The notes: a model not told the origin generated them from the letters alone. Shown: positions 1 through 10,026, counted from the stretch's first letter. The stretch: 64,000 nt of DNA from an uncultured Acidobacteriota bacterium (GCA_963820925.1 CAWGBX010000005.1:208605-272604); one strand, 5' to 3'. Program-made: numbers and translations.

Positions 1-83
1 TCGGAATTCAAATGCCATAGCGGCCAGATCAGGTTTGTTGACTCGCATGGTGGTTATCTGCATCTGTTCCGTAGGAGGATCTG

Positions 84-896
84 ATGAACTTACTGCGCTG
101 CACAGCCATCGCGCTCGTGGGTTTACTCGTGATCCCACTGGCGCGGGTGGACGCAGGTTCTGAAAAAGTCGTCTTTCCGGCGAACTTCAAGTCCGGCGTG
201 CTCTATAACGTGATTGATCGCGACGACCAGAAGGAAGTTCATCAGCAGTACACAAGTCGTGAAGCCATCGAAGCCGCCAAGGCAGGCAAGCCCCTGCCCC
301 CTGGCACGGTCATTACTAGCGCTAACTACAAAGCCGTGCTTGACCCGCAGGGCAGTCCGATAAGAGATGCCAAAGGCAATTTTGTGGCAGGTGAGTTGGA
401 TCGGGTTGTCGTGATGGAAAAGCGCCCGGGCAGCGGAGCCGCGTACCCGGAGAATCTACGCAACGGCGACTGGGAGTTCGCTGCCTTCACAGCAGACGGC
501 AAGTTCAACCCTCAGGCCCCGGCCAGGGAGGTCTGCATGGCGTGCCACAAGCCTCATGAGCGGCTTGACTACGTGAAAACCTACTTCGCCATGGCCGGGA
601 AGAGAGTCGAGACCAACCCGGCACCCGTTCCTTCCGGCGCGGTGGTCGCAACCGTCGTGCGCTTTGCCGTGAATCCATCCCGTGTCATCGTGCAAGCGGG
701 AACACCCGTGACGTGGATCAATATTGACGACCCGCCGCACCAGTTTCTCGTGGAAGGCGCGGGCGTGAAGACGGAGTACCTGTTGAAAGGGCAAACAGGA
801 ACCGTCGTCCTGAAGGAACCGGGAGTTTATCAGTATGGAGACACTTTCTATCCAGCTGTCGAATCTCTCAGAGGTGTCATTGAGGTGCGCAAGTAA
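84..896 (+). CDS. Secreted c-type cytochrome, cytochrome P460/c'-beta-like, with C-terminal beta-sandwich domain
   Basis: N-terminal signal peptide (MNLLRCTAIALVGLLVIPLA); single CXXCH heme motif (CMACH) near residue 150 preceded by NGDWEFAAFTADGKF, a pattern I recall from the P460 family; no second heme motif; C-terminal ~90 aa without Cys. Confidence 0.5.
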   Translation: MNLLRCTAIALVGLLVIPLARVDAGSEKVVFPANFKSGVLYNVIDRDDQKEVHQQYTSREAIEAAKAGKPLPPGTVITSANYKAVLDPQGSPIRDAKGNFVAGELDRVVVMEKRPGSGAAYPENLRNGDWEFAAFTADGKFNPQAPAREVCMACHKPHERLDYVKTYFAMAGKRVETNPAPVPSGAVVATVVRFAVNPSRVIVQAGTPVTWINIDDPPHQFLVEGAGVKTEYLLKGQTGTVVLKEPGVYQYGDTFYPAVESLRGVIEVRK

Positions 897-1119
897 TACT
901 TCAGAAAGCGATTCCCGTACGGCGCTGCAACCGTTGATTTGCAGATTCTGGTCGCGTAATGGGCTACCCGGAATGAACCCTTAAGTTAGCGCCTATGGGG
1001 CGCCGCCCCCACCTGGAAATTAACCTATCGTATTGGAGGGAATTCTGTAGAATACGCAGTTGGAACGGGCCTCGGTTAGCGTCCGATCCCTATTTTCGGT
1101 CTTTGGGAGCGGAAGTCGA

Positions 1120-2163
1120 GTGGCTGACACTGCAACGATTCGAGAGGGCAGTTCGCGCGCTCCGCAAGCGATCTCAGAAATCGATGTGCTTTGGATCACG
1201 GCCGGCCTTGGCTGCGACGGCGACACGATTGCGATGACAGCGGCAACGCAGCCGAGTATCGAAGATATTGTTCTCGGGGCAATGCCCTGGATCCCCAAAG
1301 TACACTTTCACAACCCCTTCCTCGCCCTTGAGAACGGGGACGATTTTTTGAAACGTTTCCACCTTGCGGCCAGCGGTAATTTGTCTCCCTTCATTCTGGT
1401 GATCGAAGGATCGATTCCGAACGAGCACAATAAGGAGGAAGGCTACTGGGCTTCCCTCGGTACCGACCAGAAAACCGGACAACCGATTACTACCTGTGAG
1501 TGGATCGATCGGCTCGCGCCGCGGGCCTGGGCTGTGATGGCGGCAGGAACTTGTGCGACCTACGGCGGCATCCATGCGATGGAAGGGAATCCAACCGGTT
1601 GCATGGGTCTTCCTGACTATCTTGGATGGCAGTGGAAATCCACAGCGAACATCCCGATTGTGTGCGTCCCTGGATGTCCGGTTCAGCCTGACAATTTCAT
1701 GGAGACGCTGCTCTATCTTCTGTATATGGCGGCCGGGCGCGCCCCGATGATTCCGCTCGACGACGCGCTACGTCCAACATGGCTGTTTGGCGCAACGGTT
1801 CACGAAGGCTGCGATCGAGGCGGTTACTACGAGCAGGCGGAGTTTGCCGAGGAATACGGGTCGCCTCTGTGCATCGTGAAGCTAGGCTGCTGGGGGCCGG
1901 TGGTTCAGTGTAATGTGGGGAAGCGTGGCTGGATGGGCGGGATTGGCGGCTGTCCCAACGTTGGTGGTATTTGCATCGGATGCACGATGCCGGGGTTTCC
2001 CGACAAGTTCATGCCCTTCATGAATCAGCCGCCGGGTTCGTTGCTATCTTCGAATGCGGTGATGACCTATGGCAGGGCGATCCATGCGCTGCGCAGGTTT
2101 ACTCAGGCCTCGCTGAATAAAGAGCCGAGTTGGCGGCGCAAGAGTGTGAAGACGAACGATTAG
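1120..2163 (+). CDS. [NiFe]-hydrogenase small subunit paralog (orphan, no adjacent large subunit), group 1h/5-like, no Tat signal
   Basis: WITAGLGCDGD...GTCATYGG...GCPVQPD...CIGCTMPGFPDKFMPF motifs; ~75-80% identical by eye to the second small subunit at 5697-6761. ORF track starts at a TTG (1060); I prefer the in-frame GTG at 1120 (GGAAG 4 nt upstream), which gives the same 25-aa lead before WITAG as the paralog. Confidence 0.8.
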   Translation: MADTATIREGSSRAPQAISEIDVLWITAGLGCDGDTIAMTAATQPSIEDIVLGAMPWIPKVHFHNPFLALENGDDFLKRFHLAASGNLSPFILVIEGSIPNEHNKEEGYWASLGTDQKTGQPITTCEWIDRLAPRAWAVMAAGTCATYGGIHAMEGNPTGCMGLPDYLGWQWKSTANIPIVCVPGCPVQPDNFMETLLYLLYMAAGRAPMIPLDDALRPTWLFGATVHEGCDRGGYYEQAEFAEEYGSPLCIVKLGCWGPVVQCNVGKRGWMGGIGGCPNVGGICIGCTMPGFPDKFMPFMNQPPGSLLSSNAVMTYGRAIHALRRFTQASLNKEPSWRRKSVKTND

Positions 2164-2186
2164 AATTGCTGAGCTGAGGTATCAGA

Positions 2187-3800
2187 ATGGTGTCCGGGAC
2201 TAGCATCGAAGCCGTATCAGATGCCGCTCAACCCGATTGGAATCAGATGGACGCCATGACCGCTCCGGAGGCCGAAGCTCTTCTCGCCGACCTTGCCGCG
2301 ATATTTCTCAGCAACGCTGCCCAACTAGCGCCAACGGCCGACGCACTCACTGGAGAAGGTCCAGAAGAGCAGTTGCCGAATGTTGACGCCATTTATAGAG
2401 CGCTGGTCGAGCAGATTCCCGCAGTTGTTTTCATGGCCCACTTGGATCGAGGCATCGGCGAAGCTTACGTCAGCCCTCAAATTGAAGCGAGTCTGGGTTT
2501 TTCGCAGGAAGAATGGCTGGAAGATCCCATTCGCTGGTATCAGCAGATCCACCCTGACGACAAACAACGTTGGAGTGTCGAGGCGGCGCAGATGTTTCTT
2601 ACAGGAACGGCACTCCGTTCCGCATATCGCGTCCTGGCGCGGGATGGCAGGGTAGTTTGGTTTCACTGCGAAGCCAAGATGATCCGGCGGAAGAATGGCC
2701 GGCCTTGGTTTATCCATGGCATCGCGTTTGACATTACTGAGCTTAAGCGGACAGAAGAAGCATTGCAGGAGGAACGTAATGTTGTTTCGGCCATCCTGCA
2801 CACGGTCGGCGCTTTGGTTGTGGTCCTTGATCCGCAAGGTCGAATCGTCCGCTTCAATCGAGCTTGTGAGCAGGTCTCGGGTTATTCCTTCCCGGAGGTC
2901 AAGGAGAAATACTTTTGGGATTTGTGCGTGCTTCCGGAGGAGGCAGAGCGCTTCAAGATCATCGTCGAACAGTTGCGAGTGGAGCACAGCACCAGGGACT
3001 ATGAGACTTCGTGGGTCGCCCGGGATGGCTCGCGCCGGCTGATTGCATGGTCAAGTACGATCCTTCCCGGAGAGGATGGAACCCCTGCCTACATTATTGC
3101 AACCGGGATCGACATCACTGAACGCAAACGGCTGGAGAAGGCAATTCTGGAGATTAGCGCCGAAGAGCAGCGTCGCATCGGGCAAGATCTGCACGACGGA
3201 TTAGGGCAACACCTGACCGGCATTGCGTTCATGAGCAAGGTTCAGGAACAGAAGCTAGCGGAGAAAGGTCTTGCGGAGGCGGCCGAAGCCGCCAGAATCG
3301 TCGGCTTGGTCAACGAGGCCATCAATAAGACAAGAGAATTGGCCCATGGCCTTCTCCCCGTAATTTCGGATGCTCACGGTCTTATGTCGGCGCTGAAACG
3401 TTGGGCGGCCGAAGTGGAAGACTTGTTCAATATTTCCTGCTGCTTGCGAATTGACGAACCGGTTCTCATTCACGATACCAATGTGTCGACTCATCTTTAT
3501 CGCATTGCTCAAGAGGCTGTGAACAATGCACTCAAGCACGGGCAGGCGAAGAACATCATCATTAGTCTTTTCGCCAGGAACGATTACGGCACAATGAGAA
3601 TTGAAAACGACGGCTCAGGCCTGCCAGAGCCGTCGACACCGGGCTCGGGCATGGGTATGCAAATCATGAACTATCGGGCCAGAATGATTGGCGGATCCCT
3701 TAAGGTGGAAAGCGGTAGAGCTCAGGGAATCACGGTCACGTGCTTGTTTCCACTCCCCAAGGGCAAGGAAGGGTTGAAGACGGACGCCTATGATCACTAA
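2187..3800 (+). CDS. Cytoplasmic sensor histidine kinase with two PAS domains, HisKA_3 (NarL-family partner type) and HATPase_c
   Basis: H-box HDGLGQHLTGIAF, N-box NALKHGQA, G-boxes ENDGSGLP/GMGMQIM; PAS-like blocks; no TM segments; 24 nt downstream of the orphan small subunit. Confidence 0.85.
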   Translation: MVSGTSIEAVSDAAQPDWNQMDAMTAPEAEALLADLAAIFLSNAAQLAPTADALTGEGPEEQLPNVDAIYRALVEQIPAVVFMAHLDRGIGEAYVSPQIEASLGFSQEEWLEDPIRWYQQIHPDDKQRWSVEAAQMFLTGTALRSAYRVLARDGRVVWFHCEAKMIRRKNGRPWFIHGIAFDITELKRTEEALQEERNVVSAILHTVGALVVVLDPQGRIVRFNRACEQVSGYSFPEVKEKYFWDLCVLPEEAERFKIIVEQLRVEHSTRDYETSWVARDGSRRLIAWSSTILPGEDGTPAYIIATGIDITERKRLEKAILEISAEEQRRIGQDLHDGLGQHLTGIAFMSKVQEQKLAEKGLAEAAEAARIVGLVNEAINKTRELAHGLLPVISDAHGLMSALKRWAAEVEDLFNISCCLRIDEPVLIHDTNVSTHLYRIAQEAVNNALKHGQAKNIIISLFARNDYGTMRIENDGSGLPEPSTPGSGMGMQIMNYRARMIGGSLKVESGRAQGITVTCLFPLPKGKEGLKTDAYDH

Positions 3801-4479
3801 ACAGGTCAACAACAATGTCACAGCCAGAAAGAAAACAGTATTCGTGGTTGACGACCATCCCATCGTTCGACAAGGGTTGACGCTGCTGATCAATCAGGAA
3901 GCCGATCTGACTGTCTGTGGCGAAGCCGAAGAGATGCACTCGGCGTTGTCAGCGATTCAGGCGACCAGACCAGACATCCTTATTGTGGACATCTCGCTCA
4001 ATGGCCCGGATGGATTGGAACTGCTCAAGAATATCCGGTTGACGTCTCCTCGTCTGCCGGTTCTCATCCTGTCTATGCACGATGAATCGATCTATGCGGA
4101 ACGGGCATTGCGGGCGGGTGCGAACGGGTACATCATGAAGCAGGAGGCGACCGAGAAAGTGCTGGTGGCGCTACGTCGTATCCTGAGCGGCGAGATTTAT
4201 GTCAGTGACCGGATCGCCAACAGCATGCTGCGACATTACGTTCGCGGGGCCGGTTCTTCAGAGCACTCGTCGATCTCAGACCTTACCGATCGTGAATTGG
4301 AAGTCTTCCGGCTGATCGGGGAAGGCCAGGGAACCCGCCAGATCGCGGAGGCTCTGCACCTCAGCGTTAAAACTGTCGAGTCCTACCAGGCGCACATTAA
4401 AGAAAAACTCTCGCTGCGAAGTGCTCGGGAACTGGTCCAGCGAGCGGTTCAATGGAATGTCCGCGAGAAGACGGCATGA
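3790..4479 (+). CDS. Response regulator, NarL/FixJ family (REC + LuxR-type HTH)
   Basis: VFVVDDHPIVRQGL...DILIVDISLNGPDGLEL receiver with conserved Asp; C-terminal LTDRELEVFRLIGEGQGTRQIAEALHLSVKTVESY LuxR HTH; overlaps HK stop by 11 nt. Confidence 0.85.
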   Translation: MITKQVNNNVTARKKTVFVVDDHPIVRQGLTLLINQEADLTVCGEAEEMHSALSAIQATRPDILIVDISLNGPDGLELLKNIRLTSPRLPVLILSMHDESIYAERALRAGANGYIMKQEATEKVLVALRRILSGEIYVSDRIANSMLRHYVRGAGSSEHSSISDLTDRELEVFRLIGEGQGTRQIAEALHLSVKTVESYQAHIKEKLSLRSARELVQRAVQWNVREKTA

Positions 4480-4575
4480 ACAGGTTTGGATGTTGTTCTA
4501 AGACTCTTCAAGTAAACCAGCTCTAGCAGCGTAGATGCCCCGGCGGAAGCGGCTTGTGTAGCGTCGTCCCGCAAG

Positions 4576-4597
4576 CGTGCTTCCACAAGGAAGCACG
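4576..4597 (+). terminator. Perfect 9-bp stem/4-nt loop hairpin (cgtgcttcc-acaa-ggaagcacg) downstream of the response regulator; candidate intrinsic terminator or regulatory hairpin (no U-tract)
   Basis: Inverted repeat read directly in the intergenic 4480-4633. Confidence 0.3.
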
Positions 4598-4633
4598 GGC
4601 ACCGGGCGCAGGTGCTAAGCTGTTTCGCTATAT

Positions 4634-5311
4634 ATGGCAAGCGTACTCCTTCTGTTCAAGTTCTTTGCGCTTGGTGTCAGTGCGCTCCTGCCGGTGATTA
4701 ATCCGCTGGGGTCGGCATTGGTGTTCCTCGGCTTCGTGGGGAACGCGCCCGAATCCGTTTTCCGGGACTTAGCGCGCAAGATTGCGGTCAGCACCGCGAT
4801 CTTCATGCTGGTGATCGAGTTGGTGGGAACCGGGCTGTTGGAGTTTTTTGGAATTTCGCTTCCCGTAGTGCAGGTTGCCGGAGGACTGGTGCTGGCCAGC
4901 ATGGGATGGAACCTGCTCAATCAGCAGGAAAGCACGGCCAATCCCGATCGGGCAGCAGTGAGGGAGGATAACTTCGGATCGGTGGAGCAGAATGTTTTCT
5001 ATCCGCTCACATTTCCGGTTACTGTCGGCCCGGGCTGCATCGTGGTCATGCTGACTCTTACGGCGCACGCCTCGGTGAAGGGGAGTGTGCTGGCCAATGT
5101 CATCGCTCACCTGGGGATTTTCCTGGCTGTGGTGGCTTTGAGCGTGACCGTCCTTATCTGCTACCGTTACGCGCCGAAGATCACAGAACGAATTTCACCT
5201 CATACGGCGCATGGTATCTTGCGCATCATCGCGTTCGTGCTTCTCTGCATCGGAGTGCAGATCACGTGGAACGGCGTTGAAACACTACTGAAGGGGGTGC
5301 TGTTTTTGTAG
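4634..5311 (+). CDS. MarC-family (UPF0056) integral membrane protein
   Basis: 225 aa, ~6 predicted TM segments, N-terminal FALGVSALLPVINPLGSALVFLG resembles the MarC family signature. Confidence 0.5.
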   Translation: MASVLLLFKFFALGVSALLPVINPLGSALVFLGFVGNAPESVFRDLARKIAVSTAIFMLVIELVGTGLLEFFGISLPVVQVAGGLVLASMGWNLLNQQESTANPDRAAVREDNFGSVEQNVFYPLTFPVTVGPGCIVVMLTLTAHASVKGSVLANVIAHLGIFLAVVALSVTVLICYRYAPKITERISPHTAHGILRIIAFVLLCIGVQITWNGVETLLKGVLFL

Positions 5312-5696
5312 AGGGCTGGTTGCTCTACCCTTATCCTTAATAACCCCCCGCTCAGCGCTTGTGCCCACGAAGGGTTCAGATGATCCATTTGTGAGCCGTG
5401 CCTGCCTTGCAGTCTCTTCGGTGCTGTCTTCCTCTCCTTCAGGTCGGATTTTCTCTGATTAGGGGAATCCCTGATACGGTTCGTGGGACTTCCCTGGAGA
5501 AATAAAACAGGGCTGCCGCTCTTGTAACAGTCTCGCAATAGGACGATTCTGTCTGCGATTTGAATTTCGAATCGCAGCGATCAATTTACTTGTAATTGCA
5601 AGGTTTGGGTGAGGTTGGATGGCAAGAGTCGTCGGCATCAGACGATGCGAAGCGTCTGTCTGTGATCAAGTTTGAATGGAAGGGAGCAATCCATCT

Positions 5697-6761
5697 ATGG
5701 GAACAGCTACGGTTCCATATGGCCGGTCTACGCAAAAAGCACCGGCGGTCAAAGAGGTGCACATAGTCTGGATCACCGCCGGCCTCGGCTGTGACGGAGA
5801 TTCGGTCTCGATTACTGCGGCCACGCAACCCAGCATCGAAGACGTATTATTGGGCGCAATCCCTGGATTGCCCAAGGTGCACCTGCACAATCCCGTGCTT
5901 GCCGTCGAAGTTGGCGATGACTTCATGAAGTTTTTCTATCAGGCATGGGAAGGCAAGCTCGATCCTTTCGTTCTGGTGGTGGAAGGCTCGATCCCGAACG
6001 AGTCGATCAAGAAAGAAGGATATTGGGCGGCATTGGGAACTGACCCCGAAACCAAACAGCCAATCACCACCAATGAGTGGATCGACCGGTTGGCTCCGAA
6101 GGCGTTGGCGGTGATTGCCATTGGAACCTGCGCCACTTACGGCGGAATTCACGCCATGGAGGGGAACCCCACCGGCTGCATGGGTCTTGCTGATTACCTG
6201 GGTTGGGAGTGGCGGTCCAAAGCCGGGTTGCCGATCGTGAACGTTCCGGGATGTCCGGTGCAGCCCGACAACTTCATGGAGACGGTGCTATACCTGCTGT
6301 ATCAGGTGGCAGGGTTGGCCCCGATGATTCCTTTGGATGATCAACTGCGCCCAACCTGGCTGTTCGGCAGTACCGTGCATGATGGTTGCGACCGAGCCGG
6401 GTACTACGAGCAAGGTGATTTCGCAGAGGTCTATGGCTCTCCCAAGTGCATCGTAAAACTCGGATGCTGGGGACCGGTGGTCAACTGCAACGTACCCAAG
6501 CGCGGATGGATGGCCGGGATTGGCGGCTGCCCCAACGTGGGCGGCATCTGCATCGGTTGCACCATGCCGGGCTTTCCGGACAAGTTTATGCCGTTCATGG
6601 ATGAGCCGCCGGGGGCAAGGGTTTCGACCGGCAGCATCGGCGTGTATGGGCGTGCGATCCGGGCGTTGCGTTCAATCACTCAAAGCACGGTAAACAAGGA
6701 ACCCAAATGGCGGCATCCCCGCGCGGAGCTGACCACCGGTTACCATCCAAGATCTTATTAG
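5697..6761 (+). CDS. hhyS: [NiFe]-hydrogenase small subunit, group 1h/5 (high-affinity uptake hydrogenase), no Tat signal
   Basis: Same conserved Cys blocks as 1120-2163; ATG at 5697 has RBS GGAAGGGAG (the track ATG at 5676 lies inside the RBS); directly followed by the large subunit. Confidence 0.85.
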   Translation: MGTATVPYGRSTQKAPAVKEVHIVWITAGLGCDGDSVSITAATQPSIEDVLLGAIPGLPKVHLHNPVLAVEVGDDFMKFFYQAWEGKLDPFVLVVEGSIPNESIKKEGYWAALGTDPETKQPITTNEWIDRLAPKALAVIAIGTCATYGGIHAMEGNPTGCMGLADYLGWEWRSKAGLPIVNVPGCPVQPDNFMETVLYLLYQVAGLAPMIPLDDQLRPTWLFGSTVHDGCDRAGYYEQGDFAEVYGSPKCIVKLGCWGPVVNCNVPKRGWMAGIGGCPNVGGICIGCTMPGFPDKFMPFMDEPPGARVSTGSIGVYGRAIRALRSITQSTVNKEPKWRHPRAELTTGYHPRSY

Positions 6762-6807
6762 GAGCATGGCTGAGAAGCGCGACTGAGAAAGCAAAGGAGC
6801 GATCGCT

Positions 6808-8604
6808 ATGAGCACCATCACTGCACCGACGAAAGACGTCCCCAGCAAATCGAAAAAGCTGGTGGAGATGAATTGGGATCCGATCACCCGCATCGTAGGC
6901 AGCCTGGGTATCTTTACCAAGATTGATTTCGACGCTCGCAAGGTGGCCGAGTGTCACAGCACATCTTCCATCTTTCGCGGATACAGCATTTTTATGAAGG
7001 GGAAAGATCCGCGTGACGCGCACTTCATTACCAGCCGTATCTGCGGCATCTGCGGCGACAACCATGCAACCTGCGCAACTTATGCGCAGAATATGGCTTT
7101 TGGGGTCAGGCCGCCGCACATCGCGGAATGGATCGTTAATCTTGGCGAAGCGGCCGAATACATGTTCGATCACAACATCTTCCAGGACAACCTGGTCGGG
7201 GTTGACTTCTGTGAGCAGATGGTCAAGGAAACCAACCCCAAGGTTCTGGCGAAAGCCGAGTCAACTCCTGCGCCACATTCCAACGAGCACGGCTTCCGCA
7301 CCATCGCGGATATCATGCGGGCGCTCAATCCCTTCACAGGATCCTTTTATCTTGAAGCTCTGCAGATGAGCCGCATGACCCGGGAGATGTTCTGCCTGAT
7401 GGAAGGCCGTCACGTCCATCCCTCAACGCTTTATCCGGGCGGAGTAGGGACAGTGCCGACGGTGCAGCTGTTCACCGACTACATCGTCAGACTGATGAAA
7501 TACGTCGAGTTCATGAAGAAGGTTCTCCCGCTGCACGACGACCTGTTCGACTTCTTCTACGACGCGTTGCCGGGTTATGAGGAGGTCGGACGTCGCCGCG
7601 TTCTATTGGGATGCTGGGGGTCCTTTAACGATCCCGAGCACTGTGACTACACCTACAAGAACATGACGAACTGGGGCCGGAAGATGTTTGTTACGCCCGG
7701 TGTGGTTGTCGATGGCAAGCTGGTAACAACCGACCTGGTGGACATCAACCTGAATATTCGGATCCTGTTGGGCAGTTCTTACTATGACGACTGGAAGAAT
7801 GCAGAGACGTTCGTGAAAACCGATCCGCTGGGAAACCCGGTCGATAAGAACCATCCCTGGAATCAGACTACGATTCCGCGGCCGCAGAAGCGAGATTTCT
7901 CCGGCAAATACACCTGGGTGATGTCACCTCGCTGGTTCGACAAACGCACAGGAGATCATCTTGCCCTGGATACGGGCGGCGGGCCGATTGCCCGGCTGTG
8001 GGCAACGGCGCTCGCGGGGTTGGTGGATATCGGCTACATCAAAGCTACCGGCAAGAGCGTGAAGATCTACTTGCCGAAAACCATGTCAAAGCCCGAGGTC
8101 GAGTTCGAGTGGAAGATCCCGCAGTGGAGCAATGCTATTGAGCGCGACCGGGCTCGCACGTACTTCCAAGCCTACGCAGCCGCGTGTGCTCTGCATTTCG
8201 CGGAGAAGGCGCTGGAAGAACTTCATGCTGGCAAGACCAGAACCTGGTCAGAATTCAAGGTGCCGGAAGAGGCCATCGGCTGCGGTTTCCACGAAGCCGT
8301 CCGAGGCGTGCTTTCGCATCATGTGGTGATCCGCAAAGGCAAAATCGCCAACTATCATCCTTATCCTCCGACGCCTTGGAACGCCAATCCGCGGGACATT
8401 TACGGCACTCCGGGGCCGTATGAGGATGCGGTGCAAAATACGCCCATCTTCGAAGAAAACGGACCGGAGAAGTTCAAGGGCATAGACATTATGCGCGCGG
8501 TGCGGAGCTTTGATCCGTGTTTGCCTTGCGGCGTGCATATGTATCTGGGTGATGGAAAGGTTTTGAAGACCCACCATTCCCCGATGTTCGGTGTTCAGCC
8601 TTGA
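6808..8604 (+). CDS. hhyL: [NiFe]-hydrogenase large subunit, group 1h/5 (high-affinity H2-oxidizing)
   Basis: 598 aa; L1 motif TSRICGICGDNH and C-terminal SFDPCLPCGVH (Ni-Fe ligands), which I recall as group 5/1h signatures; RBS AAAGGAG upstream. Confidence 0.9.
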   Translation: MSTITAPTKDVPSKSKKLVEMNWDPITRIVGSLGIFTKIDFDARKVAECHSTSSIFRGYSIFMKGKDPRDAHFITSRICGICGDNHATCATYAQNMAFGVRPPHIAEWIVNLGEAAEYMFDHNIFQDNLVGVDFCEQMVKETNPKVLAKAESTPAPHSNEHGFRTIADIMRALNPFTGSFYLEALQMSRMTREMFCLMEGRHVHPSTLYPGGVGTVPTVQLFTDYIVRLMKYVEFMKKVLPLHDDLFDFFYDALPGYEEVGRRRVLLGCWGSFNDPEHCDYTYKNMTNWGRKMFVTPGVVVDGKLVTTDLVDINLNIRILLGSSYYDDWKNAETFVKTDPLGNPVDKNHPWNQTTIPRPQKRDFSGKYTWVMSPRWFDKRTGDHLALDTGGGPIARLWATALAGLVDIGYIKATGKSVKIYLPKTMSKPEVEFEWKIPQWSNAIERDRARTYFQAYAAACALHFAEKALEELHAGKTRTWSEFKVPEEAIGCGFHEAVRGVLSHHVVIRKGKIANYHPYPPTPWNANPRDIYGTPGPYEDAVQNTPIFEENGPEKFKGIDIMRAVRSFDPCLPCGVHMYLGDGKVLKTHHSPMFGVQP

Positions 8605-8749
8605 TCGAATGGGAAACTGATCATGCTGGACATTTGGGGAAGCGAGGGTATATTGGTTGCCTTTACTGCTTTGGGGAACTCTGACCAGTACAAATTTTGG
8701 CTGGGCTGCACAAACGTGAGCGCCCGCGCCTACATTGGCTGGAAACACT

Positions 8750-9316
8750 ATGCCGGATGACAAGGATTTCCAGGTTAAGGTCCAGCGCATCGGCGAACTA
8801 GTCGGTGAGTTGGAGAACATCGCGGATCCAGAGGCTCGGGCAAGCGCAAAAGCTTTGGTGCAATTGCTTCTTGACTTGCATGGCGCTGGCTTGGAACGGA
8901 TCATGGAAATCGTCGCGAAGGACGGCGATCCAGGCCAGCACACGATCGACGACTTGGGTTGCGATCCGCTGGTCAGCAGCCTCCTGGTCCTCTATGGCCT
9001 TCACCCCTTGGATTTGGAGAGTCGGGTAGCACAGGCGGTGGAGCGAGTTCGGCCGCAAGTGCGCAAGAGCGGAGGCGAACTAGATCTGCTCGGCATCGAG
9101 AGCGGCGTGGTCCGGTTGCAGCTTCAAGTTACCGGGCACGGCTGCGCCTCCACGGGAAAGACGCTTCAGAAGTTAGTCGAGGACTTATTATACGAAGCCG
9201 CACCGGACATGAATCGCTTGCTGATTGAAGGGCTCGAAGAAGCGGCAGGTTCCTCCGGCTTTGTGCCGCTCGGTAAGCTGGGCGGCGTGAACGCAACCGC
9301 ATCAGTGCAGGAGTAA
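8750..9316 (+). CDS. NifU/Nfu C-terminal-domain-like protein (possible HhyE-like hydrogenase-associated Fe-S/assembly protein)
   Basis: C-terminal LDLLGIESGVVRLQLQVTGHGCASTGKTLQKLVEDLL resembles the Nfu fold (V..L.G.C..C with only one Cys retained); position immediately after hhyL; track TTG start at 8735, ATG at 8750 preferred. Confidence 0.45.
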   Translation: MPDDKDFQVKVQRIGELVGELENIADPEARASAKALVQLLLDLHGAGLERIMEIVAKDGDPGQHTIDDLGCDPLVSSLLVLYGLHPLDLESRVAQAVERVRPQVRKSGGELDLLGIESGVVRLQLQVTGHGCASTGKTLQKLVEDLLYEAAPDMNRLLIEGLEEAAGSSGFVPLGKLGGVNATASVQE

Positions 9317-9336
9317 CCGTTCGTGGCGTTACGAAA

Positions 9337-10026
9337 TTGGCGCCGGGTCAGAGAATTGTTCGTGAGCCGATGATAAATGCAGTCCAGCCGGGATTCGAGA
9401 ACGCATTTGGAGCGCTCCGCCAGTTCATCCGGCGCAAGCGGAATGTGGAGCGTTGTGAGCTGTGCAGCGCTGAAGTCGCAGCCGATCATCCGCATCTGAT
9501 TGAACCGGGGAGCCGAAAGCTGCTGTGCGCCTGTAACGCCTGCGCAATCCTATTCAGCGGGATGGGGACAAAATATAAGCGTGTTCCCCGTCGCGTCCTC
9601 GCCCTGGCAGATTTTCGCCTCTCGGACGGCCAGTGGGACAGCCTGATGGTACCGATCAGTATGACTTTCTTCTTCCGTAGCACTCCGGATGCCAGGGTGG
9701 TCGCGTTCTATCCCAGCCCGGCGGGGGCGACTGAGTCGCTGCTGCCGCTCGAGACCTGGCAAGACATCGAGGACGCCAATCCTGTGCTCAAGGAAATGGA
9801 ATCTGATGTTGAAGCTCTGCTCGTCAATCGCGTGGGCCATGTCCGCGGATTTGCTGCTCCCGAGTACTATGTGCTCCCTATCGACGAGTGTTACAAACTG
9901 GTCGGCCTGATTCGCGCCAACTGGCGAGGGCTTTCCGGAGGAGCCGAGGTCTGGCAGGAGATCGGCCGTTTCTTCGACGGACTGAAAGACCGAGCCACGC
10001 TGGTCAGAGAGGAAGCGAATGCCTGA
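9337..10026 (+). CDS. Hydrogenase-cluster conserved hypothetical protein with CxxC...CxCxxC motif (putative metal-binding)
   Basis: CELCSAEV...LLCACNAC; translationally coupled into the next gene (8-nt overlap); no recognisable catalytic domain. Confidence 0.6.
   Translation: MAPGQRIVREPMINAVQPGFENAFGALRQFIRRKRNVERCELCSAEVAADHPHLIEPGSRKLLCACNACAILFSGMGTKYKRVPRRVLALADFRLSDGQWDSLMVPISMTFFFRSTPDARVVAFYPSPAGATESLLPLETWQDIEDANPVLKEMESDVEALLVNRVGHVRGFAAPEYYVLPIDECYKLVGLIRANWRGLSGGAEVWQEIGRFFDGLKDRATLVREEANA

Noticed and set aside
1060-1119. Track start (TTG at 1060) adding a 20-aa MERASVSVRSLFSVFGSGSR N-terminus to the orphan small subunit, which could be read as a degenerate signal peptide
   Set aside because: No Tat or Sec features; the in-frame GTG at 1120 with a GGAAG RBS reproduces the N-terminal length of the paralog
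1020-1298. Minus-strand ORFs 1020-1298 and 5666-5926 that resemble each other (shared ...GCVAAVI...SPSQPRPAVIQ...)
   Set aside because: They are antisense shadow frames of the two paralogous small-subunit genes; their similarity just mirrors the paralogy
6808-8604. Possibility of a [NiFeSe] (selenocysteine) large subunit or a Tat-exported group 1 membrane hydrogenase
   Set aside because: No in-frame TGA; C-terminal motif is DPCLPCGVH with Cys; neither small subunit has an RRxFxK Tat motif
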